The notes beneath the pieces were generated by a model. The model searched no databases. It was not told where the DNA came from and saw only the letters and a program-made list of their open reading frames with translations. This document shows, piece by piece, positions 35,501 through 45,721 of a stretch of DNA of 54,677 nt (position 1 is its first letter; every line of letters starts with the position of its first letter). Source of the stretch: a virus (lineage: Duplodnaviria > Caudoviricetes); the IMG/VR virus record IMGVR_UViG_3300020045_005836, positions 1 through 54,677 of that record; one strand, written 5' to 3'. The position numbers and the translations under genes are program-made.

Positions 35501-38500
35501 TTCAGTATTTATAGGCTCATTTGTATTAGTCCAAAGGCCGTCAGCATTTTCAAACCAGTTATTTTTAGCTGATACCTGGGACTCATTAACTAACGGATTC
35601 TCAGTAATATTTAATAACCCCTGCTGTATGCCGTCATACGCTTTTGTAACTCGGTTCAAGTCCTGTCTAAGCAGATTAACTAAATCTCTGCCTGACATGT
35701 TGAGTTGCGTAGGTGTAAGATTAAAAGTATTGTATAGCCAAGTTTTTACTAGGCTGATTACATTCTGGAGTAACGAGGACTTAGACTCAGTAGATTTACC
35801 TAGAAAATACATGAAGGCTTCTTCTACTTGCAGGTCTTCTGGGTAGTCTTTAGTTTCAGCTAAAGCTTTTTCAAAAGACTCACGAGCTAAAATAGCATCA
35901 GCATTTGACCCAGTTCCTAATGTTAAAGCATAAAATTGGTCAAGTAAAATAGAGTACTCAGCCATAAACTTAGGATCATTACGCCGCAGGAAATGACCAC
36001 CCTCGTGCACAAGGAGTTCCAGTACGTCATTTAATGAATCTAACGAGCTAGAAATTATATGAAATCGTCTATCCCAGTATAAACCTTGAGGTTCCTGCAC
36101 TATGTTATTTTGTAAAACAGTACGTAAATCCTTTGGAAGGCTTTTCAGTGTACTATGAACTGCTATAAAAGACGGGTTTTCAGAGACACCTAGTAAGCGA
36201 TTAATTTCTTGAACTACATCTTGCCGCGCTATCCCTGCAGGCCTTGTACCCTCTAGCCCAGCTGATTTAAGAATAGGCTGCCCTTTCTCAACTTGTACAT
36301 TTGATTTAGATTCAGTTTTCGAAGAGGCCTTAGTATCACTACTCGTTTCCTTTTTCGAGCTCGTGTCGGATGATTGTACACTTTTTAGAGCTAATACACG
36401 AGCTTGTGCTTTCGATCGTAGCTCTTCTCCAACTTTAGCCGTTACGTTATCGCCTTTGCCAGCAGCGCTAGTGATATCTTTGGAAAGAACCTTAATTTTA
36501 TCGACCAGAGAGAGGTACTCTACGTATTCGTCGGGAGATAAGCGCTCTTGGAGCTCGGCGCGCTCTTTTGCTTTAGCTGCAGTTTTCTCGTTCTGCTTAG
36601 CTAGCGCAGCTCGTGCTTTTTCTTTTGTACTGATGGCGGCGCGTTCTGCTTTCTCATCAGCTGTTAGTTTAACTGGTGTCACAGGTGCTTCTTTGACTGC
36701 TTCTTCAGTCTTTACATCTTCTTGACTCTTAGTAATCTTCTTCGTAACTTTCTTCTTTGCTTCTACAGCTGGGCCTACCGCTGTCTTAGCTTTTGCATTA
36801 GTGGCAACTTTACGCTTAGCAACTGCAACAGCTGTTTCTTGCTTAGGACTTTTTTCTTCTTTTGTTTTTTCTTCACGCTTAACCACGGGTTTAACTAGTT
36901 TTTTAGCTGCGTTCTTTTTCACTTTCTCTTTAGCAGCTTTGAGTGCAGGAGCCTCAACTGCAGCAGGAACCTCAACAGCAGCAGGAGCCTCAGCAGCAGG
37001 AACCTCAACAGCAGCAGGAGCCTCAGCAGCAGGAACCTCGGCTGCAGCAGGAACCTCGGCTGCAGCAGGAACCTCGACTGCAGCAGGAGCTTCAACTGCG
37101 GGGACCTCGACTGCAGCAGGAGCTTCAATTGAGGGGACCTCGACGGCAGGAGCCTGTTCCTCGGCCAGAGAGAATGTTACTTCCTCTTCCTGAGGAATTG
37201 GCTGTACAAGGGCTGCTTCCTGTGGATCTGCGACGCTGGCCTCTGCTAACACAGGGTCTACTACAGCAGGTGCTCGGGTATCGTCTCGAACAGTTTTACC
37301 GAGTGTAGTAGCAAAATGTTTGGCTAGCGCTGTTTTCTTGCCGTTAGCCTTCTGTAGTGACGTAAGTTCTTTTTTCTGTGTGGGTGTTATCTTGGCACTT
37401 TTCTCCAGCGCCTTAAGCTCGGCGATTCGAGGTGCAACGGTCGAAAGCAATGAGGACAGCGCGACTTCATTAGCGTCTTGGACGTCTTTGGGTATCTCGG
37501 TTATAGTTCTGCTGAGCGCTGCTTGCAGTTTAGCCGGGCTAGTTCCAGCTTGCTTAAGTGCAGTGAACTCCGTAACCTCTTCAGGAGTTAATGTTACCTT
37601 CTGGTCAAGCTCATTGATTCTAGTGCTAGCATAGTCTACTGCGTCTTTGTAGGGCATTTTGTTCGCATCAGCTGCAGCAGCCTTGCGGGCTTTTTCAGCC
37701 GCGAGTAAAGCGGCGTACGCTATACCGCGCTGTGACGCTAATATACCTTCTTTGATGGCTTTGTTCGGGGCACTGTTAATTAGTGCTTCGAAGTTGGCAA
37801 TTTCCACAGAGCTACTATCATGCTTGGCCAGAATAGAATTGATATGGTCAGACGTTAAGCCCATGCGCTGAAGTGCAGTAGGCGACTCTCTAAGAGCTAC
37901 AAGCGCGGTTGGCGTTAACTTAGCTTCCTGAATTTTCTGAAGTGACGCTTCAGCTAATACTTCAGCTGGATCCTTCTTATTATTTTTTGGAAGTAACTGT
38001 GCACCAGTGCCCATTGCAGTACCGAGCACAAGGCCTTGAGCTGTAGCAGTACCTACATCTTGAAGAAGGGGCTTGTCAAGTACTGCATTTTGGAATACCT
38101 GTTCTTGAGCACCCTGTGGTAGCTCTTCAAATACACCCTCTGTGACGCCGCCAAGTGCCAAGCGCTTAACTACTGCAGTTAGTCCATGCTTTTTAATGTC
38201 ATCTGGAATACTCTTGAAGCCTTTTGCAAACAGAGTGTCTACGTCCTCGACACCAAGTTTATTAGCTAACCGGCCACCTGCAAGAGCTAGTAACCCAGTC
38301 AGTCCACCTGATGCAGCGGATAATGCAGCGTTTTTAACTGTGAACTCTTTGCCCGAAGTAGCTTGCCTATTTTGCTCGGCATTAGCACCTGCTGTTATAA
38401 TACCCTCACCAGTCGCACCAGCTACTAATGGAGCAAATTTTTCTGGTATCTTAGCAGCTACTTTAGGTAGTAACTTAGCACCTGTTTTAAGTACCTGTCG

Positions 38501-38941
38501 ACCTATACCACCGCCAAGAGCGATCTGTGGAATCTGCTCAGCGACATCAGTAACGATCTTAGAAGGATTTTGTGCGTATCCTTTAATAGTATCAACAAAC
38601 CCGTCCGCGTTCTCAACAGCTGCATTAGCGGCCTTCTGTTCGTCAGAATAAAATTGTGAAACTGTTTTACGTGCTACTGCAGGATCGTAACCGAGCTTGT
38701 CTGCTACTGCGCCAGGGATACCAAAGCCTGCGTAGTTAGCTACACCAAGGACCGCTTCACCAGCGCCTATCCCAGCTTTAGCCCCTGTTACTAAAGCATC
38801 TTTAACAGTTCCAATAATAGTTCTACCCTTAGACTTTTCAGTCGTAGCCGGCGCTTGTTCAGCGTCTGAGCCTTCCAGAAGATCATAAGGTTTGTTTACA
38901 GAAGTTGTCTCTTCGTCAAGCAAGTCATAAGGTTTTGTCAT
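32504..38941 (-). CDS. large internal virion/ejection protein, polyvalent-protein-like
   Basis: 2145 aa; HEGGH (HExxH) motif; YFPRER (PLxRFG-like); typical podovirus position. Confidence 0.75.
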   Translation of the reverse strand: MTKPYDLLDEETTSVNKPYDLLEGSDAEQAPATTEKSKGRTIIGTVKDALVTGAKAGIGAGEAVLGVANYAGFGIPGAVADKLGYDPAVARKTVSQFYSDEQKAANAAVENADGFVDTIKGYAQNPSKIVTDVAEQIPQIALGGGIGRQVLKTGAKLLPKVAAKIPEKFAPLVAGATGEGIITAGANAEQNRQATSGKEFTVKNAALSAASGGLTGLLALAGGRLANKLGVEDVDTLFAKGFKSIPDDIKKHGLTAVVKRLALGGVTEGVFEELPQGAQEQVFQNAVLDKPLLQDVGTATAQGLVLGTAMGTGAQLLPKNNKKDPAEVLAEASLQKIQEAKLTPTALVALRESPTALQRMGLTSDHINSILAKHDSSSVEIANFEALINSAPNKAIKEGILASQRGIAYAALLAAEKARKAAAADANKMPYKDAVDYASTRINELDQKVTLTPEEVTEFTALKQAGTSPAKLQAALSRTITEIPKDVQDANEVALSSLLSTVAPRIAELKALEKSAKITPTQKKELTSLQKANGKKTALAKHFATTLGKTVRDDTRAPAVVDPVLAEASVADPQEAALVQPIPQEEEVTFSLAEEQAPAVEVPSIEAPAAVEVPAVEAPAAVEVPAAAEVPAAAEVPAAEAPAAVEVPAAEAPAAVEVPAAVEAPALKAAKEKVKKNAAKKLVKPVVKREEKTKEEKSPKQETAVAVAKRKVATNAKAKTAVGPAVEAKKKVTKKITKSQEDVKTEEAVKEAPVTPVKLTADEKAERAAISTKEKARAALAKQNEKTAAKAKERAELQERLSPDEYVEYLSLVDKIKVLSKDITSAAGKGDNVTAKVGEELRSKAQARVLALKSVQSSDTSSKKETSSDTKASSKTESKSNVQVEKGQPILKSAGLEGTRPAGIARQDVVQEINRLLGVSENPSFIAVHSTLKSLPKDLRTVLQNNIVQEPQGLYWDRRFHIISSSLDSLNDVLELLVHEGGHFLRRNDPKFMAEYSILLDQFYALTLGTGSNADAILARESFEKALAETKDYPEDLQVEEAFMYFLGKSTESKSSLLQNVISLVKTWLYNTFNLTPTQLNMSGRDLVNLLRQDLNRVTKAYDGIQQGLLNITENPLVNESQVSAKNNWFENADGLWTNTNEPINTEGIIPLAAVRGSNNLSKQDKEALKVMERIYDRKSADLDVAIQESVDDLIATTSNPVSRKFYELTKRMTGSFKRDKFNQTSNLFDRYISSPEFYFWKSKATRRILQAAIDDSDVRYVAQKRVLGDFLDKANLLLKKYPKMYEFANKYLIDTDATGISFKIRQVANTWEIKDRKGKVLKTFDITAEAEAQDFLIEAEQDWLASRLVDPKIRDLIKDARLLTNRAFDILIEDMRKQITRAADNGVPEPTSMFVDDDGKSIEVSLSELIANMGDLRGSYFPRERVAREFHLIAEQDGLPSILETYKWHLVENELGNNRVQKMKRTFNNLAPAGRRMAELKKLGYKDIVIKPVGTPANTIFNLPGTLAALDGIFSVATEKMNAEAMEDGDKQWLGTVDKALALRIADIYRAKGNFSSRIARSNNHWEGYESDMIRALTGYASRLATGVAKRTTARKMIEAITGRTISWKAYQAANPTATYSQYLNHVKEERLSPTQQKNLYEDAVQYIEFFLTPDDAMGHLIGYLKAITVLKYLGFRVGSAAINATTMMISVPATIAAHTGVSLSKVFGHIASATKSYTTYKRNQLINRGYKFLGSLSQVDPNDNDILNDIYMNGWAEAQFNHDAAQAMAGRVGEAMNAVMAKAMYMFGAVEEANRAITILATYKALSKNGLTRAGKPTIMNLPTGTKLALAKHASDRAHGIYGKAAKPWLVQKYRFLDAAYTFQKYQHSYHLNMLELVGKYKSPKASAFLALMPQIVAGTSVTSTLALAIARVIGVDDPEEDYVSWLKQFLGDSSIAEDFARHGFIGAALGVNLKGSLEVKVPFPSTLGELFGAPQAMITDIYEGTNLLLSGQGRKGLEQILPTAIAGPLKGYREYTEGVTKSNYSPVFDKGQVVRSTAVDFAKRALSFNPTKVSTIRNTAWKADEVRRKYTALRGDISTTYNRLIVQRRDGNDPEWAEFWKSVHAYNKRASSAKPEYQIPYVDYAWLSDQQNRNFKPNKYQK
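36944..37152 (-). repeat. 15/18-bp coding repeats (PAAVEV/PAAEA linker)
   Basis: Tandem gcagcaggaacctc units. Confidence 0.9.
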
Positions 38942-40197
38942 CAGTATCCCTCAGGAATTGGTCCATGTTTTCTAATAAACGCAGCACGGGCTTCTGCTTC
39001 TCGTGGTGTGCCTTTATATTTCGCGAGGCTCGCTAAAGCTTCCTCTTGCGTTACACTTGGTGGAGTTTCTGGTTGAACTTCCCTATAAGTACCACTGTCA
39101 GGGTCTACAATTGTAGTGGGCGCCTGGACAGATATAATTCGACCTGTCACAGGGTCCACTTGATTAATCACTCCTCCAGGCACGACTTGCCGGCGAGGTT
39201 GTAACCCTTTAACTGCGCCAATAGCTTTAAGCTTAGCATTAGCCTTTGCTTGTTCGTCAGGTGTACCATTTATAGCTTGGTCTTGTAAAGCCGATATAGT
39301 TTCAGCCTGAATTGCTTCTTGCTCTTTAACTCTATTTTCAATCTCGTACTGTTTCGTCTGTGCAGCAGTAAGACCTTGGGTACTTTGCGCGGTCATAGCG
39401 TCGACCGCGTTTTTCTCACGATTAACTTGGGCCTCAAGACCTGCTCGCGTATTAGCGCCAGACTGTGTCATTGCTTCACGCTCTGCAGCGGCTATATTAG
39501 ACTTAGACGCTTGGTAGTTTTCAAGTATCTTTTGATTGAGAGCTGTACGTTGATGCCAGCCCATGCCTGGATGAGTAACTTGGGTTATAAGGTCCGGCCC
39601 GTCATCTATTCCTATTGTTCGTGTTGTTTGTACTGGTTGCGCATTTATTCGGTCTTGTTCCGCTTGCACACGTTTTTGATACTGAATATCCTGAGCAATT
39701 GGGTCTACAGGGTCTTCCATAAATCGCATTCGCGCAGCGTTATCAGTGTCGTTGGCAAAAGTGACGTCCATGTTCCCGACTTTCTGTCTGGCACTCACGC
39801 GGCCCGCAGAGTCTGTACGAATACGAGTGCCTGCTGGAGTTACTATTGGTTGTCGCCGGCCAGGAGTACTTCGTTGAATACCTTGAGCAACAGTTACCGG
39901 TTGACCAGAAAGGGTCTGAGATGTTATAGTATTGTCGGGGTTCACGTTAAGCTGCGTATTACCGACTCGTAGCACGCCGGACCCTGCTACTGAGGGTGAC
40001 CGCATTGGTATATTCGAGGCCACTAGTCTTCCAGAGTCTCCAAACTTTGCTGCATTGGCAGCCCTATCTTGAGCTCGACCAGATGCTATGACTTGCTCTG
40101 GGACAATCGATGTTTTAGACATACTACGCGGGTTGGACAAGTAGTCATCAGGTTTCTTCATGTACTTATTAAGAATCTGTGCTGGAGTGATTGCCAT
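38941..40197 (-). CDS. putative internal virion/ejection protein
   Basis: A/Q-rich helical sequence, coupled to the large protein. Confidence 0.6.
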   Translation of the reverse strand: MAITPAQILNKYMKKPDDYLSNPRSMSKTSIVPEQVIASGRAQDRAANAAKFGDSGRLVASNIPMRSPSVAGSGVLRVGNTQLNVNPDNTITSQTLSGQPVTVAQGIQRSTPGRRQPIVTPAGTRIRTDSAGRVSARQKVGNMDVTFANDTDNAARMRFMEDPVDPIAQDIQYQKRVQAEQDRINAQPVQTTRTIGIDDGPDLITQVTHPGMGWHQRTALNQKILENYQASKSNIAAAEREAMTQSGANTRAGLEAQVNREKNAVDAMTAQSTQGLTAAQTKQYEIENRVKEQEAIQAETISALQDQAINGTPDEQAKANAKLKAIGAVKGLQPRRQVVPGGVINQVDPVTGRIISVQAPTTIVDPDSGTYREVQPETPPSVTQEEALASLAKYKGTPREAEARAAFIRKHGPIPEGY

Positions 40198-40206
40198 ACT
40201 GTCTCC

Positions 40207-40680
40207 TTATGCCCTGCTATTAGGCAAATATTGTGGAAGAACCTGGACCTGGTCTAGCGCAAACCAGCAGCCCCCTGTGTTTTCTACCTTAACATGAATA
40301 AAACTACCTCGTGATCCTCGGCCAGCTTTTACTCGTATAAACTGTCTACCAGTTTTTACAGGAGTGACCGTAAGTACCTGCGCTTGGTCGCCGTCTATAA
40401 ACACTGTTATGCTTAAAGGCCCTGTAGTATCTACCCCGAAGTATAAGTACCGAAGTCGCTTATGCCCAATAGCTCCAAGAGCATTTACAAAGGTAGTGAA
40501 TTCGCAGTTGATATCCGTCGAAATAAACTTTGTACCTCCTGGAGTGCATATAGCGTCACCGGTATTTAATAAAATTCTACCATTGAACTTGCATGCTGAG
40601 TTAATATTAAAGCCGTCTATTTGTGTAGTGGCCTTACTACCGAGCTCGCCAACGTTTAAGTTAGTGTGATGTGTATACAT
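40207..40680 (-). CDS. putative tail protein
   Basis: Beta-rich, with KRLRYLY and R.K.GRG.RG motifs; structural context. Confidence 0.55.
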   Translation of the reverse strand: MYTHHTNLNVGELGSKATTQIDGFNINSACKFNGRILLNTGDAICTPGGTKFISTDINCEFTTFVNALGAIGHKRLRYLYFGVDTTGPLSITVFIDGDQAQVLTVTPVKTGRQFIRVKAGRGSRGSFIHVKVENTGGCWFALDQVQVLPQYLPNSRA

Positions 40681-40683
40681 AGA

Positions 40684-42081
40684 TTATGCCGCAGGATCGT
40701 GTTCAGTGGTATGAGACTCACTAAGAGACTCACTATGGCTCCAAGCTTCCTGTCTGCTTTCAGATGCACTTGTGCTATGAGAAACTGAGGTATTTACAGC
40801 ATTAAGTGAAGACGCTAATACTTGAGCTAGCACCTGAGCCTTAGTCTCTAGAATTCTTTCCTTCAGGCTATTGAGAGACCCTAAACCCGCTATCTGAGCG
40901 TTAAGCTTACCAAGAGCCTGGTTCAAAAGCAACTCACCCTTCTTGACCTCAGCCTGCTGCTTAGCTGAGAGAGCGTCATACCAAGCAGCAGCCGCTTGAA
41001 CTCGAGACTTATACACATCAGCGTCGGTCTTGAGGCCCTCTAGCATGCCTTCTCGAACCTTACTTACCATGTCAACTTCAGCTAGTTTAACGTTAAACAT
41101 AGCTGTAAAGGCCTCAGTGATCATCTTATTTTGATTTATCACTGAGTCGACTTTTTTCATTTCCGCTTCAAGTTTTGTAGAAATGCCTTGCCAGTGTGCA
41201 GTATAGCCATTTATAGCTGTTGTGTAGTTCTGCATTACGAGGTTAGCTGCAGCTTTACGTGCGTCTAGTGTAAGAAGCTGGAAGTCAATGAAAAACTTTC
41301 TAGCAACTGATTCCAGAGACGCACTTTGTGAAACATAGAACTGAGTATTCTGCAGAGCGAGTTTTGCTTGTTCAGCCGCTATAGTAAATGACTTGTCGCT
41401 GTTTACCCTTAGGATTTCAGCGCTCATTTCTTGTTCCAAGGCTCTGAGCGCGGGTGCTGGAAAAGGAAGGGACCTAGACGCTATTTCATCAGTGGCCCTT
41501 AAGTACGCCTTATCTATTTCAGTTTGAGCTCGAGCTAAATCGCGAGTCCATATTCCGTCCTCAATAGAAGCGCCGAGGCCAGACCCTGGGGTGGCTAATG
41601 CTGCGTTAACCTTTTCAAACAAAACAGTCCAAGTAGTTTCATCGTAGACTGCATCAGTGTATCCTAAAGCAGGATTAACACTTGCAGGAAATTCAGGTTC
41701 AGTATAAAGTAAATCAATGGTAGGTACGTTTTGATACGTAGGATCCGGTGACCCTTCAGGGTATGCAGGCGCAGTAGGAAAAACAATAGTATCGTACCCT
41801 GGTAATGTAATAGACGACATAGCTGGTGCTGTGCCTATAGAAAACTCAGATATAGCGTCGAACGCTACATCTACGACGTCACCAAAGTCTACAGGCAGTG
41901 CTAACGCTAGCGCAGCAGCGTCTAACTCAGTCATAGCAGTTGTAAATGCTGCTGATGTTGTGTCTACTAAATCAAATACTTGTGTAAATTTTTCCAGCAG
42001 GATATTAGTCCCGCCAGCCATACCTGCCGCTAGTTCGTCGATTACATCTGCTTCGACTGTAACAATTGAGCCTGCTGACAT
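40684..42081 (-). CDS. virion structural protein (coiled coil)
   Basis: AGGAG SD; long helical C-terminal half. Confidence 0.6.
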   Translation of the reverse strand: MSAGSIVTVEADVIDELAAGMAGGTNILLEKFTQVFDLVDTTSAAFTTAMTELDAAALALALPVDFGDVVDVAFDAISEFSIGTAPAMSSITLPGYDTIVFPTAPAYPEGSPDPTYQNVPTIDLLYTEPEFPASVNPALGYTDAVYDETTWTVLFEKVNAALATPGSGLGASIEDGIWTRDLARAQTEIDKAYLRATDEIASRSLPFPAPALRALEQEMSAEILRVNSDKSFTIAAEQAKLALQNTQFYVSQSASLESVARKFFIDFQLLTLDARKAAANLVMQNYTTAINGYTAHWQGISTKLEAEMKKVDSVINQNKMITEAFTAMFNVKLAEVDMVSKVREGMLEGLKTDADVYKSRVQAAAAWYDALSAKQQAEVKKGELLLNQALGKLNAQIAGLGSLNSLKERILETKAQVLAQVLASSLNAVNTSVSHSTSASESRQEAWSHSESLSESHTTEHDPAA

Positions 42082-42091
42082 TACAAGTCTC

Positions 42092-44224
42092 CTATGCTAT
42101 TATTTTCTTTACCCCGTAGATAACGAGATTCATCGCAAGATTTTCAAAAAAAGCATTATAGTCACTTTCTACATACTGCATTGGAGCATTATCAGCAACG
42201 TAAGACGCAGCCGCTTGAATCGCGACTTGTACAGCACTATTAAAGGCTGTTGACTCTTGAAAGTGAGAAAAGCGAACTCCTGATGGAACTGTAAGACCAG
42301 CGTCAGCATAATCTGCGATTGCAGATGCAGCTCCTGATATGTACGTATCAAGGCTTATCACATCAGAAGTTTGAGTACGAGTAGCGTACGATACTCCGTC
42401 CCAGTGTGTATGACGAGTATTTGTGAAATGTAACCCGGCTACAGTACCGTATGCCTGTTGCTCACCTATCCACAAAGCACAACTTCGAAGTGTTAATTTT
42501 TTATAGTACCCATCGAAAGATATATCTTTAGTATAAAATGCACCTGTAGTGTCTGCGGTAGAGCGCTCTTTAATATGCTCTTGCCTATGCTCACCGACCG
42601 AAAAATAACACTGATGTGTGTCTGACCAAGGTGGTGTTAAATAGTGCCTAGCTACGACATCATATGAAGACTCTGCGTCTTCAAGATCATATGTCAGATA
42701 AAACTCTCCATTTACTATCTCAAATCCTGTATGAATTTGGCCAGGAGAATAGTAATTTGATTCTATGCGATCTATGTACCTAACGTTAAAGACTCCATCA
42801 ACCACAGAAGGCTCGTCTACTAAGAAAAAGTCTACTGTTCCATAATGATACGGGCAAACGTCTTCTTTGACCTTATTATACGTGGTTTCCAAAAGGTCTG
42901 GATGTATCGCGTGTATTTCACCAACACTAGTAGGCGCATAAAACCATGTAGCAGAACAGTACGCTCCCCAGCCAACCCCAGCTACATATTCGACAGGAAA
43001 TGTACCCGCGTCAGGATTGCTAACGCCAGCTATACCAGCTATCATTACATAAAGTGGATTCCACAGTTCCCAATCTTTCCAGACATTATTTAAATAATCC
43101 CAGTCAGTTCGCATACTGCACCATACATGTACACCAGTATGCGCGAAGCTATCTGATCTTGTGTAAGTTCTTAGGTACTCATCGTATGTTCGTCCATCAG
43201 CGCGAGGCAAAACATTTGACGGCTCGTAGGTTACTTCACCAGTGTATGTATAACTTCGTATCGCAGGCCAGCTAGGGTCTGCAGGAGCATTATCTACTAC
43301 TGCTGTGCCACCTACAGGGCTACCATGAAGTAAAACATACCTGTACGGGGGCTCAAGCCACGGCGTACTCTCTGGAACATATTCACTTAGTGTAGTAACT
43401 GTGTTCCATATACGATCGCCACTCGTATCTACGACTATATTTCCTGCGTCTAATGGAGTAGAACTCCATTGTACTGCAGGTATATCTACTACGCTTTCAC
43501 TCCATGGCCAGAATTCATGCTGAGACGCATCAACTGCTCCTGTAGGCCATGAGCCGGGAACGCATGCTAATGAAGTCGTAGCAAAATTTAAAGTTAGCCA
43601 AGTATTAATATCAGTATCTGCACCTACACCTTTTGTGACCAGAGGGAACGTAGGGTACACGAACGTTTCCGGATTAGAGATTCCCTCGTAATGCGACCCG
43701 TCGTCAAGGTTAAATATGTCTTGTGCACCTGGGTCATATATAACTAACACAGATGCATCGAGTTCAAAGTCATCTGCGACAATATCCACTCTGATTACGA
43801 TTCGTTCAGGGTTGCACACTCGGATATTGTAGATATTAGAATGCCCAACTATATATGTTGCTGCAGGAGTTTCCTGAGTTGCTGGGATCGTGAGAACTAT
43901 TACAGTGTCTCCGTCAGAGAATGCAGTGTGCCCAAATTTAAGGGCTTCATCTGACCCACTAGAAAACTGACAATGGTAAAAGAAGGGAATATTTTCAATA
44001 AGAATGCCATCACACGGATTAATTAAAGTTATATCTGCTAGTCCTGAAATTCTATTTATGTTTACTATAGTAGCCTCAGAAACTTTAGCGTTGTTAAAAG
44101 ACCGCAGACTCGGCATCTCTAGTAACTTATGACTAAATTCTCCGCAAACAATACTCATGGTATGCGCACCCATTTTGGTATTCCGAGGCCGCAGAAAGGC
44201 ATAACCCGGTATGTAGTCCGCCAA
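42092..44224 (-). CDS. virion structural/tail protein (start may be 44158)
   Basis: Long acidic, aromatic-rich ORF in the tail module. Confidence 0.6.
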   Translation of the reverse strand: MADYIPGYAFLRPRNTKMGAHTMSIVCGEFSHKLLEMPSLRSFNNAKVSEATIVNINRISGLADITLINPCDGILIENIPFFYHCQFSSGSDEALKFGHTAFSDGDTVIVLTIPATQETPAATYIVGHSNIYNIRVCNPERIVIRVDIVADDFELDASVLVIYDPGAQDIFNLDDGSHYEGISNPETFVYPTFPLVTKGVGADTDINTWLTLNFATTSLACVPGSWPTGAVDASQHEFWPWSESVVDIPAVQWSSTPLDAGNIVVDTSGDRIWNTVTTLSEYVPESTPWLEPPYRYVLLHGSPVGGTAVVDNAPADPSWPAIRSYTYTGEVTYEPSNVLPRADGRTYDEYLRTYTRSDSFAHTGVHVWCSMRTDWDYLNNVWKDWELWNPLYVMIAGIAGVSNPDAGTFPVEYVAGVGWGAYCSATWFYAPTSVGEIHAIHPDLLETTYNKVKEDVCPYHYGTVDFFLVDEPSVVDGVFNVRYIDRIESNYYSPGQIHTGFEIVNGEFYLTYDLEDAESSYDVVARHYLTPPWSDTHQCYFSVGEHRQEHIKERSTADTTGAFYTKDISFDGYYKKLTLRSCALWIGEQQAYGTVAGLHFTNTRHTHWDGVSYATRTQTSDVISLDTYISGAASAIADYADAGLTVPSGVRFSHFQESTAFNSAVQVAIQAAASYVADNAPMQYVESDYNAFFENLAMNLVIYGVKKIIA

Positions 44225-44796
44225 TCTTCAGTGTGTGGAAGATGGTTTTCGTCTTCTGGCATTATAATAGGCTTACAGCCTGTAGCATTGAAGTTTTGTT
44301 GACAACAGTCGTATAGAAAGTCATTATACGCTAAAACTATAACCTTCATACCTGCTTCCCAGGGTGTAAAATCACTACCTATGATATTCCTGTAAAGCTT
44401 ATACCTATCTTTGCTGCGGCATATTAGTATATCTAAAGCCTTATATTGTGCTTCATCTGGAATATCATTTACTGCAAGAATTATTCCAACTGAGAAATTA
44501 CAGTTACACAGGCATTCGTATTTATCTTCGCCTGTAGGTCGTATTACAGGGCCTACGGTAATTAAAATTTCTGGAACTCCGAAGCATATATTACAATCTA
44601 TTATAACGTCTCGTGTGCCTTCTGGGCCCACGTTATGTTTGATCTTGAAGGTACTTGAATTTATATTTAAGTTTCTACGTTGAGTGTCTTCATGTAAAAT
44701 TCTAAGTCGTTTCTCAGCTACGCCTATATATTGGTCTCCTACCGCACGGTTTCCATTAATAGGTATCTTTTTAGGCACCTTGAAATAGTGTCTCAT
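44155..44796 (-). CDS. hypothetical tail-module protein
   Basis: ORF in the structural operon. Confidence 0.6.
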   Translation of the reverse strand: MRHYFKVPKKIPINGNRAVGDQYIGVAEKRLRILHEDTQRRNLNINSSTFKIKHNVGPEGTRDVIIDCNICFGVPEILITVGPVIRPTGEDKYECLCNCNFSVGIILAVNDIPDEAQYKALDILICRSKDRYKLYRNIIGSDFTPWEAGMKVIVLAYNDFLYDCCQQNFNATGCKPIIMPEDENHLPHTEDWRTTYRVMPFCGLGIPKWVRIP

Positions 44797-44797
44797 G

Positions 44798-45721
44798 TTA
44801 CCAGGCGGTATAAAGCACGTTTGAGTCTATAAGCACAGTCGCTCCGTGGGTGCATACAGATGGAGGATCAACACGCTCGTTAGCTACACTAAAGACCCTA
44901 CCATCGGGAGTACCTATGCACAGGCCTTTAGCGGTGTTAAACACAGCGCATAAGCCTGGCGTAAGCTGACTTAAACTTAATCCGTCTACGTAGTCAAAAG
45001 CATCACCGTACTCACAAGCTGGAAATGTAGTTACTGGGTCCCCAACCTTAAAGTTTCTAGTGTTTTGGCCAGAGAAGAAATAGATATTTTTTAAGTCAGA
45101 CACAAATACCCCGGTGTCTACGTGCTTTATCATTGTTATTCTTGTTGGAAGCATTATGGGCTCTTTCATATTCCAGAGACCAAACCTAGCTAGCTCTGAT
45201 GAGTACAAGCAGTTATCTAAGGAACCGAGCATATACCCATGATGCTTCTCTATGTGCTCAAAGATGGGAATCTCTTCTTCAAAGTACTTAGTCGTATCGC
45301 CCATTATATAAGTGTCTAAGACCCATGGGTAAATCACACCTGTGTCGTACACGCCTACCTCAATTTTATCCGTGAAGTAAATCGCGTTTCCCACTTGTGC
45401 AAAGTCTATCTGGCCTCCTGACATGCCTGTTTTGAGTACATGAAGTGAGTCATCCGTGTGCAGCTCGTATAAACTCGTGCCTTGTGCTAGTAAGCACGCT
45501 CCGCCGTCACAAAACAATGAATGCCCGGTAGTTAATGATACTACTAATTCTGTGCCTGGACACTGCTGTATTTTATGTGAGTCTGTTATTACTACGTTAC
45601 TAGCGTACGCGAGACTACTATCATCAACTGGCTGGAACGGGTCTAATATGTTGTTAAGCCCTGAACAGTTGGCCAGAAGAGTAACTGGTTGGGTTTTTTC
45701 GGTGTTTTGCATTAAATCCAC
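44798..45721 (-). CDS. putative tail tubular/nozzle-like protein
   Basis: Beta-propeller-like pattern; follows the adaptor gene. Confidence 0.6.
   Translation of the reverse strand: MDLMQNTEKTQPVTLLANCSGLNNILDPFQPVDDSSLAYASNVVITDSHKIQQCPGTELVVSLTTGHSLFCDGGACLLAQGTSLYELHTDDSLHVLKTGMSGGQIDFAQVGNAIYFTDKIEVGVYDTGVIYPWVLDTYIMGDTTKYFEEEIPIFEHIEKHHGYMLGSLDNCLYSSELARFGLWNMKEPIMLPTRITMIKHVDTGVFVSDLKNIYFFSGQNTRNFKVGDPVTTFPACEYGDAFDYVDGLSLSQLTPGLCAVFNTAKGLCIGTPDGRVFSVANERVDPPSVCTHGATVLIDSNVLYTAW

Noticed and set aside
36801-37308. Plus-strand QQEP and AAGTS repeat ORFs
   Set aside because: Antisense shadows of the PAAVEV linker.
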